Assembly: GCA_910587155.1 (NCBI GenBank)
Contig: CAJULA010000008.1
Span: 32,343 to 96,342, forward strand
Direction: 5' to 3'
From: an uncultured Lachnospiraceae bacterium
Lineage (GTDB): Bacteria > Bacillota > Clostridia > Lachnospirales > Lachnospiraceae
DNA: 64,000 bases
How positions within the stretch are numbered: position 1 is the first letter of the stretch; each line of letters opens with the position of its first letter. Below are positions 8,708 to 18,515 of this stretch, piece after piece. The translations under genes were made by a program, and so were the position numbers. The notes under the pieces are model-generated. The model saw nothing but the letters and a program-made list of their open reading frames with translations, searched no databases and was not told the DNA's origin.

Positions 8708-9265
8708 ATGAGATCAGTGTTATCTGAACATACAAAAAATGAGAAAATAAACAGTGTGATCTATGATATGTCACCGTCGCCTGATTTCCGGCATGATATT
8801 GTTGACGGTAATATCAGCAGGATAATTGGAAATGGCCTGAAAAACAGTCTGTGCCTCATATTTATGGAAAATCTGGACTACAGATATCATTCGGATATCA
8901 ATGATGATTACGTATGTCCCGATATTATGGTAATATGTGACCGGAAATATCTGAAAGGCGGATCATACAGTGGTACGCCGAAATTTATTGTGGAAACATT
9001 GAGTCCGTCCACGGCAAAAAGAGATCGGTCAGAGAAAAAAGATATTTATGAAAATGCCGGTGTGGAAGAATATTGGATCGTATCTGCGCAGGGAAAATCA
9101 GTTGAAATCTATTATCTTGTGCAAGGCAGATACATTCTGGAGCAGAGCTATATCCTTCAGGATGATGAAGAAGAGGAGCATTACAATGCGGAAACTCTTA
9201 TCAGCCTGCGGGCATTTCCCCATATTAAAATGACATTGCGGGAAATTTTTGCAGGAATCGACTGA
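8708..9265 (+). CDS. Uma2-family (DUF820) PD-(D/E)xK endonuclease
   Basis: The ATG at 8708 follows GAAGGAGAGG. Motifs present: PDIMVICD ... FIVETLSPST ... DRSEKKDIYENAGVEEYWIV. Confidence 0.8.
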   Translation: MRSVLSEHTKNEKINSVIYDMSPSPDFRHDIVDGNISRIIGNGLKNSLCLIFMENLDYRYHSDINDDYVCPDIMVICDRKYLKGGSYSGTPKFIVETLSPSTAKRDRSEKKDIYENAGVEEYWIVSAQGKSVEIYYLVQGRYILEQSYILQDDEEEEHYNAETLISLRAFPHIKMTLREIFAGID

Positions 9266-9324
9266 ACATGGCGGTACGGCTTGCCGCAATATCAGGACGG
9301 GCTGCAGTAACTGACAAAAAAGGC

Positions 9325-9353
9325 TTGAAACATATGTTCGTATATGATACAAT
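9325..9353 (+). promoter_or_regulatory. Strong sigma-70 promoter candidate with extended -10, directly abutting the ATG at 9360
   Basis: TTGAAA (9325-9330), a 17-nt spacer, then TGATACAAT (-10 at 9348-9353). The ATG follows 6 nt later and there is no Shine-Dalgarno sequence. Confidence 0.5.
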
Positions 9354-9359
9354 CTCGTT

Positions 9360-9731
9360 ATGAAAAAAAATGACATACTCCTTGCAGGAGCCGTGCTTGG
9401 CGCCGCCTTTCTTTTTTTGCTCATGCAAAAGGCCGGTGAGATATCATCATCTGCCGGCATGGTCACTGTCTGGCAGGGCAGAGAACAGGTTGGCGTCTAT
9501 CCGCTTTCTGAGGACAGGCGGGAAGTCTTTGTCTCCCCTTCCGGCGGCAGGAATATACTTGTGATCGAGGACGGGGAAGCCTATATGGAGGATGCGGACT
9601 GTCCGGACGGGCTGTGTGTGAAGCAGGGGCGGATTTCGCTTGCGGGACAGACACTGACATGTCTGCCTCATCGTCTACAGATCCGGATAGAGGATGTTCC
9701 GGGGACGGGGCCGGACGCTGTGACGGGATAA
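9360..9731 (+). CDS. NusG domain II-containing (DUF1312-like) membrane-anchored protein
   Basis: N-terminal TM helix followed by a small beta domain with a CPDGLCV motif. Sits in the usual pairing upstream of a Gx transporter gene. Confidence 0.7.
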   Translation: MKKNDILLAGAVLGAAFLFLLMQKAGEISSSAGMVTVWQGREQVGVYPLSEDRREVFVSPSGGRNILVIEDGEAYMEDADCPDGLCVKQGRISLAGQTLTCLPHRLQIRIEDVPGTGPDAVTG

Positions 9732-9789
9732 ATTTGCGGCATTGCAAAGACATGGCTGAGAGCCGGGGAGGAAAGGAACTGCGCAGGGC

Positions 9790-10326
9790 ATGACAGAGAA
9801 AGAGAAAAAAGGCATCCGCGCACGCACAAGAGCGTCAGAGGCGGCTTATCTGGGGATGATGTTGGCGTTCGCACTGATACTGGGATATGCGGAGTCATTG
9901 ATTCCCCTTGTATTTGCTGTTCCGGGAATGAAGCTGGGACTGCCCAATCTGGCAGTCCTTCTGCTTCTTTTCCGCTCCGGGCCGAAAGAGGCATTTCTCG
10001 TCAATGTGCTGCGCATTATGTTAAGCGGTTTTTTGTTCGGCAGTCTTTCCAGTATTCTGTACAGCCTGGCAGGAGGTGTGCTGAGCTTTTCGGTGATGCT
10101 GCTCGGTAAGAAAACAGGGCGCTTCGGTGTATGCGGCATCAGTATTGCGGGCGGGGTAATGCACAATGTGGGACAGCTCGCCATAGCGGCAGTTGTGGTA
10201 GAGAGCGGAGGGCTTTTTTATTATCTGCCCCCGCTTCTGGCGGCGGGCGCCGTGACAGGCCTGTTAAACGGTATTGTGGCGGAGCAGATACAAAAGCGTG
10301 TCCAGGGACATCTCCCTGAGAAATAA
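9790..10326 (+). CDS. Gx transporter family protein (heptaprenyl diphosphate synthase component I-like)
   Basis: Polytopic membrane protein with a LGYAESLIP...PGMKLGLPN motif. Confidence 0.8.
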   Translation: MTEKEKKGIRARTRASEAAYLGMMLAFALILGYAESLIPLVFAVPGMKLGLPNLAVLLLLFRSGPKEAFLVNVLRIMLSGFLFGSLSSILYSLAGGVLSFSVMLLGKKTGRFGVCGISIAGGVMHNVGQLAIAAVVVESGGLFYYLPPLLAAGAVTGLLNGIVAEQIQKRVQGHLPEK

Positions 10327-10344
10327 CAGGATGGGACAGACACT

Positions 10345-10956
10345 ATGATTGCATATGTAAAAGGTACATTGGAAGAGATCACGGAGGGCAATGCCGTGGT
10401 GGAAGTAGGCGGTATCGGATATAACATCAGGATATCGGCGGGGACGATGAACCGGCTTCCCCGTCTCCATCAGCCGGTCACACTGTATACCTATACGGCG
10501 GTGCGGGAAGATGCTTTCTGGCTGTACGGGTTTCTGACCAGAGAGGAGCTGGAAGTGTTCCGGCTGCTGATCACGGTTAACAGTGTGGGACCCAAAGGGG
10601 CTCTTGGCATTTTATCCGTGATGAGTGTGTCGGAACTGCGGTTTGCCATTCTGGCGGGAGATGTAAAGCTGCTGTCACGGGCGCCGGGAATCGGCAGGAA
10701 AACGGCCGAACGGCTGATCCTTGACTTGCGGGACCGGATACCTGCGGACGAGGCTGCAGGGAGCGTATCCCTGCCCGGGGCTTCTCTGCCGGGAACCGGG
10801 GGAGGCGGCGCGAAGGGAGAAGCGGTGGAAGCGCTGGTAGCGCTGGGATATGGCTCCGGGGATGCCTGGAAGGCAGTGAATGCGCTTACCGACATGGAAG
10901 AAGCGGATGTGGAGACGATCTTAAAAGCAGCCCTTAAGCAGATGGTATCATTTTAA
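10345..10956 (+). CDS. ruvA: Holliday junction branch migration protein RuvA
   Basis: MIAYVKGTLEEI...GIGYNI... followed by HhH motifs (VNSVGPKGALGIL, APGIGRKTAERLILDL). Confidence 0.95.
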   Translation: MIAYVKGTLEEITEGNAVVEVGGIGYNIRISAGTMNRLPRLHQPVTLYTYTAVREDAFWLYGFLTREELEVFRLLITVNSVGPKGALGILSVMSVSELRFAILAGDVKLLSRAPGIGRKTAERLILDLRDRIPADEAAGSVSLPGASLPGTGGGGAKGEAVEALVALGYGSGDAWKAVNALTDMEEADVETILKAALKQMVSF

Positions 10957-11062
10957 CAGAGAAAATACCGTGCCGGACGGAGCGAATGGGCATCACGGAG
11001 CGGCGGCATGTGTATGAGCACGTGCTATGAAAGAAGCGGCAGTGGAGACAGGCAGGGAGAAG

Positions 11063-12061
11063 ATGGAACGCAGAGTGATAGAGACTGGTCTGATGGAAGA
11101 GGACGTCAGGCTGGAAGGGAGTCTGAGACCTCAGTATCTGAAAGATTATATCGGACAGGAAAAGGCAAAAGAGAGTCTGAAAATATATATCGAAGCGGCC
11201 AGACAGAGAAATGACGCACTGGACCATGTGTTATTTTATGGGCCGCCCGGTCTGGGAAAAACGACGCTGGCAGGCATCATCGCCAATGAGATGGGTGTCC
11301 ATATGAAGATAACGAGCGGACCGGCGATAGAAAAGCCGGGAGAGATGGCGGCTATTCTCAACAATCTTCAGGAAGGGGATCTGTTGTTTGTGGATGAGAT
11401 CCACCGCCTGAACAGACAGGTGGAGGAAGTGTTGTATCCGGCTATGGAGGATTATGTGATCGACATTATGATCGGTAAGGGGGCCTCCGCCCGTTCGATC
11501 CGGCTGGATCTGCCCAGATTCACACTGGTGGGAGCCACTACCAGAGCCGGACTTTTGACGGCGCCGCTGCGGGACCGGTTCGGCGTCATCCACCGGCTGG
11601 AATTTTATACGGTCGAAGAGCTCTGTCAGATCATTCTTCATTCGGCCAGAGTGCTGGAAGTGGAGATTGAAAAAAAAGGGGCCATGGAGCTGGCCAGAAG
11701 GAGCCGGGGGACACCGCGTATCGCCAACCGTATCCTCAGGCGGGTACGGGATTTTGCCCAGGTACGCTTTGACGGTATCATTACCGAGACAGTAGCCGAT
11801 ACGGCACTCGATCTGCTGGATGTGGACAGGCTGGGGCTGGATTATGTGGACCGCAGGCTGCTGTGTACGATGATAGAGAAATTTAACGGCGGTCCGGTAG
11901 GGCTGGATACACTGGCGGCCGCCATCGGAGAGGATGCGGGAACGATAGAAGACGTCTATGAACCCTATCTGATCCAGAACGGTCTCATAAACCGCACACC
12001 CAGAGGGCGCATGGTAACCGACCTGGCCTGCCGCCATTTGGGACTTGAAATTCCCCTGTAA
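11063..12061 (+). CDS. ruvB: Holliday junction DNA helicase RuvB
   Basis: [12 protein letters not shown], Walker [12 protein letters not shown], and DEIHRL. The ATG at 11063 follows GGGAGAAG; the ORF-track start at 11027 is an alternative. Confidence 0.95.
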   Translation: MERRVIETGLMEEDVRLEGSLRPQYLKDYIGQEKAKESLKIYIEAARQRNDALDHVLFYGPPGLGKTTLAGIIANEMGVHMKITSGPAIEKPGEMAAILNNLQEGDLLFVDEIHRLNRQVEEVLYPAMEDYVIDIMIGKGASARSIRLDLPRFTLVGATTRAGLLTAPLRDRFGVIHRLEFYTVEELCQIILHSARVLEVEIEKKGAMELARRSRGTPRIANRILRRVRDFAQVRFDGIITETVADTALDLLDVDRLGLDYVDRRLLCTMIEKFNGGPVGLDTLAAAIGEDAGTIEDVYEPYLIQNGLINRTPRGRMVTDLACRHLGLEIPL

Positions 12062-12127
12062 TACAGGTATAATGGACTATACGCTAGGGGATCGTTTGGA
12101 AATACGGTTATCTTACAGATAAGGGGT

Positions 12128-12544
12128 ATGGAGATGGCAGCAAAAACGGATACGGAAGTGATTATCGGCGGGAAGGTCTTTACTCTGAGCGGATATGAAA
12201 GTGAAGAGTATCTTCAGAAGGTGGCTTCCTATATTAATAATAAAATAGCGGAGTATAATAAGGCCGACCAGTTCCGGCGCCAGTCGCTGGATATCCAGAA
12301 TGTGCTGCTGCAGCTCAATATCGCGGACGATTATTTCAAGGCCAAGAAACAGATCAGTATTCTGGAAGAGGATATCGAGAGCAAGGAAAAAGAGATTTAC
12401 GATCTGAAGCATGAACTGATCGCGTCCCAGATGAAGATGGAGAGCACCGAGAAAAACATGAAAGCTCTGAAAAAAGAGCTGAACGAGAATGCGAAAAAGA
12501 TCGTCCGTATGGAGACAGAGTTAAAAGGACAAAAAAAGGCATGA
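12128..12544 (+). CDS. zapA: Cell division protein ZapA
   Basis: VIIGGKVFTLSGYESEEYLQKVASYINNKI followed by a coiled coil. The stop overlaps the next start (ATGA). Confidence 0.85.
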   Translation: MEMAAKTDTEVIIGGKVFTLSGYESEEYLQKVASYINNKIAEYNKADQFRRQSLDIQNVLLQLNIADDYFKAKKQISILEEDIESKEKEIYDLKHELIASQMKMESTEKNMKALKKELNENAKKIVRMETELKGQKKA

Positions 12545-14784
12545 ACAAAGTCGAGCTGTTGGCGCCGGCAGGCAGCCTGGAAGGTTTTCAGGGGGCTGTT
12601 CATGCGGGAGCGGATGCCGTTTATATTGGTGGAAGAAAATATGGAGCCAGAGCATATGCAGGGTTTCCCCCGGAAGAGATATGCCTGGCTATTCGTTATG
12701 CACATTTATATGGAAGAAAAGTGTATCTGACCGTCAATACGCTGGTACGGGAGTCCGAGATGGAAGAACTTCCGGATTTTATCCGCCCTTTTTATGAAGA
12801 AGGGCTGGACGGGGTTATCGTACAGGATATGGGAGTCCTTTCCCTGGTGCGGGAAGCGTTTCCCCTCCTTCCCCTTCATGCCAGTACCCAGATGAATATT
12901 ACGGGCGCGGACGGGGCAGAATTTCTGCTGGCCCACGGAGTTTCGCGGGTGGTGCCTGCCAGAGAGCTGTCCCTGCCGGAGCTGCGTGCGATCAAAGAGA
13001 CAGGGATCGAAGTGGAGGCCTTTGTCCATGGCGCCATGTGTTACTGCTATTCCGGACAGTGTCTGTTTAGCAGTATGCTGGGCGCAAGGAGCGGGAACCG
13101 GGGCAGGTGTGCCCAGTCATGCCGGCTGCCCTATCAGGTGCTGGATGAACAGGGAAAAGAAAAATGGCCGGATGGCGGCTGTCCTCCGTACCCGCTCAGC
13201 CTCAAAGATATGTGTACCCTGTCATTTCTGCCGGAGATTCTGCAGAGTGGGATTGATTCTCTGAAAATAGAAGGACGGATGAAAAAACCGGAATATACTG
13301 CCGGTGTTACCGCCCTCTACCGCCAATATATCGACAGATACTATGAAAAGCCTGCGGAGGAATACAGAGTTTCGCAGGAAGACAGGGAAAGACTGCGCAG
13401 ACTGTATATTCGCAGCGAAATACAGGAAGGCTATTATCACAGGCATAACGGCAGAGCGATGATCACGCCTGGCAAGCCGGGATATCTCGGCGCAGATCCG
13501 GCATATCTGAAGGAAATACGGAGAAACTATATCGAATCGGCCCCTGCAATTGATGTGGACGGAGAGGTTATTCTAAAGAAAGGCAAGCCTGCTGTCTGCC
13601 GTTTTTGGAAGAGGGAAAACGGGCAGAGCGGAGAGTTGCTCATCAGCCGGGAAGGCCAGATGGTTATGACGGCGCAAAGGCAGCCGCTGACAGAGGAGGC
13701 TGTGAAAAAGCAGATGACAAAGTGCGGCAATACGCCGTTTGCCATCCGCAGACTGGATGTCACTATGGAGGCGAATTGTTTTCTTCCCGTCAGGGCACTC
13801 AATGATCTGCGCCGTGATACCCTGGGGGCACTGGAGAGGAAGATGACGGATAGCGGCCGCCGTAGCAGCCATAGGGAAGAAGATGGGGGATCGAAAGAGA
13901 CTGCCACGGGGACGGCGCCGGAACAGGGAGGGATCCCTTACAGTGCCATCCAGTTTGAGACATGGGAGCAGATGGAAGCCCTGTATGACAGTACATTTCC
14001 TGACCGGCTTTATGTAAGCGGTGATCTTTTGTCCAAAGAGAGCGAAAGCAGAAGGTCCCCGCAGCTTGAGGCATGGAAACAGAAAAAGAAGGGCAGGGAA
14101 CTGTTTCTTATGATGCCCCGCGTAATCCGCCGTCGGGACGAGCCATATCTGTCCGCACTGAAAAAAATTCTTTTTGCCGGTGATACGATATGGGATGGGG
14201 TGCTGTTTCACAATGTGGAGAGTTTGCGCTTTCTCGAAAAAAACGGATATCAAAAAAAGAAAATGGCGGATGCCGGTCTGTATGTGTGGAATCAGAGAGC
14301 CAGACGGTTCTGGCAGGAGCTTGGAGTGGGGACGACAGCGCCGCTGGAATGTAACAGTGAGGATCTTGGCAGACTGGGCCTTTCAGGAATGGAAATGGTT
14401 GTATATGGACGCAGTCCTTTGATGGTAACGGCAAACTGTTTCTATCAGACCGCGGGCCGGTGTCTGAGGAAGGAAAGGCAGGGCGGCGCGGAGAGCGGAA
14501 GGCTTTTGCTGCGCGACCGGTATCATACGGATTTCCCGGTGCGGGCTGTGTGCAGCCACTGCTATAATGAGATTTATAACAGTGTGCCCCTGTCCCTGCA
14601 TGAATATGGCAGATCAGTGGCGGCTGCTGCGGTGGCCGGCATCCGCCTTATATTTACCACGGAGGGGCCGGCGGAGATCCGGCAGGTTCTGGATTGTTTC
14701 CGGGATTTCACCACAGCGCCCGGTCGCCGGAGAACCGTGCCGTTTCCCTGTACAAAAGGCCATTATAAAAGAGGAGCGGAATAG
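12541..14784 (+). CDS. U32-family peptidase-like protein, long form
   Basis: VELLAPAGSLEGFQGAVHAGADAVYIGG and the U32 signature region E..R.SGNRGRCAQSCR. Confidence 0.9.
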   Translation: MNKVELLAPAGSLEGFQGAVHAGADAVYIGGRKYGARAYAGFPPEEICLAIRYAHLYGRKVYLTVNTLVRESEMEELPDFIRPFYEEGLDGVIVQDMGVLSLVREAFPLLPLHASTQMNITGADGAEFLLAHGVSRVVPARELSLPELRAIKETGIEVEAFVHGAMCYCYSGQCLFSSMLGARSGNRGRCAQSCRLPYQVLDEQGKEKWPDGGCPPYPLSLKDMCTLSFLPEILQSGIDSLKIEGRMKKPEYTAGVTALYRQYIDRYYEKPAEEYRVSQEDRERLRRLYIRSEIQEGYYHRHNGRAMITPGKPGYLGADPAYLKEIRRNYIESAPAIDVDGEVILKKGKPAVCRFWKRENGQSGELLISREGQMVMTAQRQPLTEEAVKKQMTKCGNTPFAIRRLDVTMEANCFLPVRALNDLRRDTLGALERKMTDSGRRSSHREEDGGSKETATGTAPEQGGIPYSAIQFETWEQMEALYDSTFPDRLYVSGDLLSKESESRRSPQLEAWKQKKKGRELFLMMPRVIRRRDEPYLSALKKILFAGDTIWDGVLFHNVESLRFLEKNGYQKKKMADAGLYVWNQRARRFWQELGVGTTAPLECNSEDLGRLGLSGMEMVVYGRSPLMVTANCFYQTAGRCLRKERQGGAESGRLLLRDRYHTDFPVRAVCSHCYNEIYNSVPLSLHEYGRSVAAAAVAGIRLIFTTEGPAEIRQVLDCFRDFTTAPGRRRTVPFPCTKGHYKRGAE

Positions 14785-14796
14785 TCCGGCAGGCAT

Positions 14797-16176
14797 ATGG
14801 AACAATATATTACAGAGTTTTCCAAATATTTCATCACACTGTTTGCTTCCTTTTACACCTTTGAATGTTTTGCCGTGTTCCGGTATCATACGGAGGAAGA
14901 GAGGAGCGGCATCTATATCCGGCAGTACGTTTTTATGTTTCTTGTACATGTGAGCTGCTTTCTGCCCATCTATGTGAAAGAGGGCAAGGTGGAATACATT
15001 TTCTTTTTTATCTTCCAGCAGATCGCCATGTATGCCACAATCGTATTGTTTCATATGATTTATCCGCGGGCGAACCGGCTGGTAATCAATAACATGTGTT
15101 TTTTGACAGCCGTGGGACTCTCGGTACTGACAAGGCTTTCCTATCAACGCGCCGTGCGCCAGTTTGTGATTGCTGTTGCCGCGTCCGTAGCCGCGCTTAT
15201 CATACCGGAATTAATAACACGTGTGAGGAACTGGCGGAATCTCACCTGGCTGTATGCCGGAGTGGGAATTGCGGCACTGGGAGCCGTGCTGGTGCTCGGG
15301 GCGGTGACACATGGTGCCAGACTCTCTTTTTCCGTCCTGGGGATCACCTTCCAGCCCTCTGAGCTGATCAAGATTGTGTTTGCCTTTCTGATTGCGTCCA
15401 TTCTCTGCCGGCCTTATTCCTTCTGGAATGTAGCATTGTCTGCGGCAGTGGCAGGGGCGCATGTAATGATACTGGTGCTTTCAAAAGACCTGGGCAGTGC
15501 GCTGATCTATTTTGTGACTTATGTGGTGATGGTCTATGTGGCAACGGCCAAAAAGCGCTATCTTCTGGCAGGTATATTCGGCGGCAGCGCGGCGGCATAT
15601 CTGTCCTGGCGGATATTTACCCATGTACAGGTGCGGGTACAGGCATGGCTGGATCCGTGGAGCGTGATCGACAAAGAGGGATATCAGATTACCCAGTCGT
15701 TGTTTGCCATTGGCTGCGGAGGACTCTTCGGCCTGGGCCTGGGGCAGGGCAGCCCGTCCTCCATCCCCTTTGTGACAACCGATTTTATCTTTTCGGCCAT
15801 AGCGGAAGAGATGGGAATCTTATTTTCCTTATGTCTGATCCTGATTTATATCAGCTGTTTCATGGTGTTTATGCGGATTGCCCTTTCTCTGAAAGATGAA
15901 TTTTTCCGGCTGACGGTGGTGGGACTGGGGATTACTTATCTGTTCCAGATTTTTCTTACGATCGGAGGCGGTATCAAATTTATTCCGCTCACCGGCGTGA
16001 CACTGCCGTTTATCAGCTATGGCGGGAGCAGCGTACTCAGCACGATCGTGATGTTTTCAGTGATTCAGGGCCTGTATCTGGCAGGAGGTAAGAGAAATGC
16101 CGCGGGAAAGAACGACAGAACAGAATCGCCGGACGGACAGAAAAAAAGCCGCCGCCGAAGTGATAAAGAAGCGTAA
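14797..16176 (+). CDS. FtsW/RodA/SpoVE (SEDS) family peptidoglycan polymerase
   Basis: Polytopic membrane protein with SEDS motifs (FQPSELIKI, GGGIKFIPLTGVTLPFISYGGSS). Confidence 0.9.
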   Translation: MEQYITEFSKYFITLFASFYTFECFAVFRYHTEEERSGIYIRQYVFMFLVHVSCFLPIYVKEGKVEYIFFFIFQQIAMYATIVLFHMIYPRANRLVINNMCFLTAVGLSVLTRLSYQRAVRQFVIAVAASVAALIIPELITRVRNWRNLTWLYAGVGIAALGAVLVLGAVTHGARLSFSVLGITFQPSELIKIVFAFLIASILCRPYSFWNVALSAAVAGAHVMILVLSKDLGSALIYFVTYVVMVYVATAKKRYLLAGIFGGSAAAYLSWRIFTHVQVRVQAWLDPWSVIDKEGYQITQSLFAIGCGGLFGLGLGQGSPSSIPFVTTDFIFSAIAEEMGILFSLCLILIYISCFMVFMRIALSLKDEFFRLTVVGLGITYLFQIFLTIGGGIKFIPLTGVTLPFISYGGSSVLSTIVMFSVIQGLYLAGGKRNAAGKNDRTESPDGQKKSRRRSDKEA

Positions 16177-17581
16177 CAGAGAGATCATGCAGGTAACGGT
16201 TTTCTTTGTGGCGCTTTTCCTTGTGATGATGGGATATTTTACTTTTTATGCGCTGACACATGAAGAAGAACTGATGAATAACAGCTATAATAACCGCCAG
16301 CAGATACTTAGCGCCAAAAACAGGAGGGGCAGCATCTGTGCCAGAGACGGGGAAGTGCTGGCCATGACGCAGGAAGACGCCGCGGGCAGTGAAAAGCGGA
16401 TCTATCCGTATGACAATCTTTTTGCCCATGTGGTGGGATATGCGGATAAAGGAAGGGCCGGACTGGAAGCCCAGGCCAATTATTATCTGATCAGATCCAG
16501 TATCCCGGTGACAGATAAATTCAAAGACGGAAGCAGCGGTGCGAAAAATCCGGGAGATAATGTGTATACCACGCTGGATGTCGGACTGCAGCAGGCTGCC
16601 GACCGGGCACTCGGCGTCTATAAAGGGACAATTATTGCCATGGATCCGACCAGCGGTGAGATATTGGCCATGGTGTCGAGGCCCGATTTTGATCCCAACC
16701 GGATTGCGGAGCAGTGGGATGATATCCTGCAGGATGAAGAGAACGGGACACTGCTGAACCGGGCCACTCAGGGGCTGTATCCGCCCGGCTCCACGTTTAA
16801 GATTATCACAGCCCTGGAATATATCAGAGAACATCCTGACAGCTGGCAGAATTATCGTTATCAATGCAGCGGCAGCCTGCGGGAAGGAGAGGATGTGATC
16901 AATTGTTACCATGGGGCGAAGCATGGAAGTGTGGATCTGGAAAAATCTTTTGCCAAATCCTGCAATACTTCCTTCGCCAGTATGGGAATGGAATTTGACA
17001 GGGAAAAATTCCAGGAGACGTTAAGCAGCCTTCTGTTCAATCAGGAACTTCCGCTTGACTGTCTGTATAATCAGAGCAAACTGGAAATTCTGGAGGATGA
17101 CGGACGGGGTGAGATGATGCAGAATGCCATTGGCCAGGGGCGCACACAGATGACGCCCATCCATCTGGCCATGATCACGTCGGCCGTGGCCAATGACGGG
17201 GTACTGATGAAGCCTTACCTGATCGAACGGGTGGAGAGTGCGCAGGGGGCGGTCATCAAGAGATTCGCCGCGGAGGAGTATGGGGAACTGATAAGCGGCG
17301 AGGAAGCCGCCGTGCTGAAAGAATATATGACGGCAGTCGTGGAGGAGGGAACAGGGAGCAAACTGTCCGGCCTGTCATATACGGCGGCAGGCAAGACCGG
17401 GTCCGCGGAGTATGGGACGAAAAAAGGAGAGAGCCATGCCTGGTTTACCGGATTTGCGCCGGTGGAGGACCCGGCACTGGTGGTAACGGTAATCATCGAG
17501 GGCGCCGGATCCGGCGGGGATTACGCCGTACCGGTGGCACGCAGGGTATTTGACGCTTACCTGGCCGGAGAGACGGAATAA
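16097..17581 (+). CDS. Class B penicillin-binding protein (PBP2/FtsI-type transpeptidase)
   Basis: AGGAGG lies 8 nt upstream of the ATG at 16097. TM anchor present, with SxxK (PGSTFK), SCN and KTG(S) motifs. Overlaps the SEDS gene by 80 nt. Confidence 0.9.
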   Translation: MPRERTTEQNRRTDRKKAAAEVIKKRNREIMQVTVFFVALFLVMMGYFTFYALTHEEELMNNSYNNRQQILSAKNRRGSICARDGEVLAMTQEDAAGSEKRIYPYDNLFAHVVGYADKGRAGLEAQANYYLIRSSIPVTDKFKDGSSGAKNPGDNVYTTLDVGLQQAADRALGVYKGTIIAMDPTSGEILAMVSRPDFDPNRIAEQWDDILQDEENGTLLNRATQGLYPPGSTFKIITALEYIREHPDSWQNYRYQCSGSLREGEDVINCYHGAKHGSVDLEKSFAKSCNTSFASMGMEFDREKFQETLSSLLFNQELPLDCLYNQSKLEILEDDGRGEMMQNAIGQGRTQMTPIHLAMITSAVANDGVLMKPYLIERVESAQGAVIKRFAAEEYGELISGEEAAVLKEYMTAVVEEGTGSKLSGLSYTAAGKTGSAEYGTKKGESHAWFTGFAPVEDPALVVTVIIEGAGSGGDYAVPVARRVFDAYLAGETE

Positions 17582-17586
17582 AAGAA

Positions 17587-17615
17587 TTGCTTAATGGGAC
17601 AAGATAGGATATACT
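17587..17615 (+). promoter_or_regulatory. Promoter candidate for the NUDIX gene
   Basis: TTGCTT, a 17-nt spacer, then TATACT. Confidence 0.35.
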
Positions 17616-17660
17616 GTTATAGATAGTCAGACTGACACACCAGAGCAGGAGGAATTGCAC

Positions 17661-18113
17661 ATGATTGAAGCAACGAGCTGTGGCGGTGTGGTTATATTCC
17701 GGGGGAAGATTCTGCTTTTGTATAAGAATTACAAAAATAAATACGAAGGCTGGGTTTTGCCCAAGGGAACTGTAGAACCGGGAGAAGAGTTTAAAGATAC
17801 CGCACTGCGGGAGGTGCTGGAAGAATCCGGGGCCAGAGCATCCGTCATTAAATATGTGGGAAAGAGCGATTATACCTTCAATGTGCCGGATGATACGGTG
17901 GAAAAAGAAGTGCACTGGTATCTGATGATGGCTGACAGCTATTACAGCAAACCACAACGCGAAGAATATTTTGAGGATTCAGGATATTATAAGTTTCATG
18001 AAGCATATCATCTGTTACGATTTGCCAATGAGAAGCAGATATTGGAAAAGGCTTATCATGAGTATCTGGAGCTGAAGAAGAACAATTTATGGGGAAACCG
18101 GAAATATTATTAA
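17661..18113 (+). CDS. NUDIX hydrolase
   Basis: AGGAGGA RBS. Nudix box GWVLPKGTVEPGEEFKDTALREVLEESG. Confidence 0.85.
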   Translation: MIEATSCGGVVIFRGKILLLYKNYKNKYEGWVLPKGTVEPGEEFKDTALREVLEESGARASVIKYVGKSDYTFNVPDDTVEKEVHWYLMMADSYYSKPQREEYFEDSGYYKFHEAYHLLRFANEKQILEKAYHEYLELKKNNLWGNRKYY

Positions 18114-18127
18114 GGCGCGCAAACAGA

Positions 18128-18466
18128 ATGAGATTTTACAGAGAACTGTATGTGGGGGATTCCATACACCATGCCGGTCGGGTCAAATGGAAGCTGCGGC
18201 ATCATGCGGGACAGCTGCGGGTTTTTGTCATTGTGCTGGCGGGAGGATGTGATCAGCTGGAGATTATCCACTGTGCCATCCTTAAGCAGAAGTACTACCG
18301 GCGCCGTCCGCTTTTCGTGGTGGGAATCGCGGGCGGCTATACGGAAGCCCTTTTACTCGTTCAGAAGATGGTCTCCGATATTTACGGAAAGACAGGCGGC
18401 TGTGAACTAAAGCAATATTTTTTGAAGGATTGGAACGGACAGACCAAAACCAGTGCCGACAGGTGA
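18128..18466 (+). CDS. Hypothetical protein (about 112 aa)
   Basis: ORF starting MRFYRELYVGDSI... The ATG at 18128 avoids overlap with the NUDIX gene. No family recognised. Confidence 0.5.
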   Translation: MRFYRELYVGDSIHHAGRVKWKLRHHAGQLRVFVIVLAGGCDQLEIIHCAILKQKYYRRRPLFVVGIAGGYTEALLLVQKMVSDIYGKTGGCELKQYFLKDWNGQTKTSADR

Positions 18467-18515
18467 CTGGCTGACTGTCCGTCATGTGAGTTTCGGTGAG
18501 AGCGCAGAGGAATTT

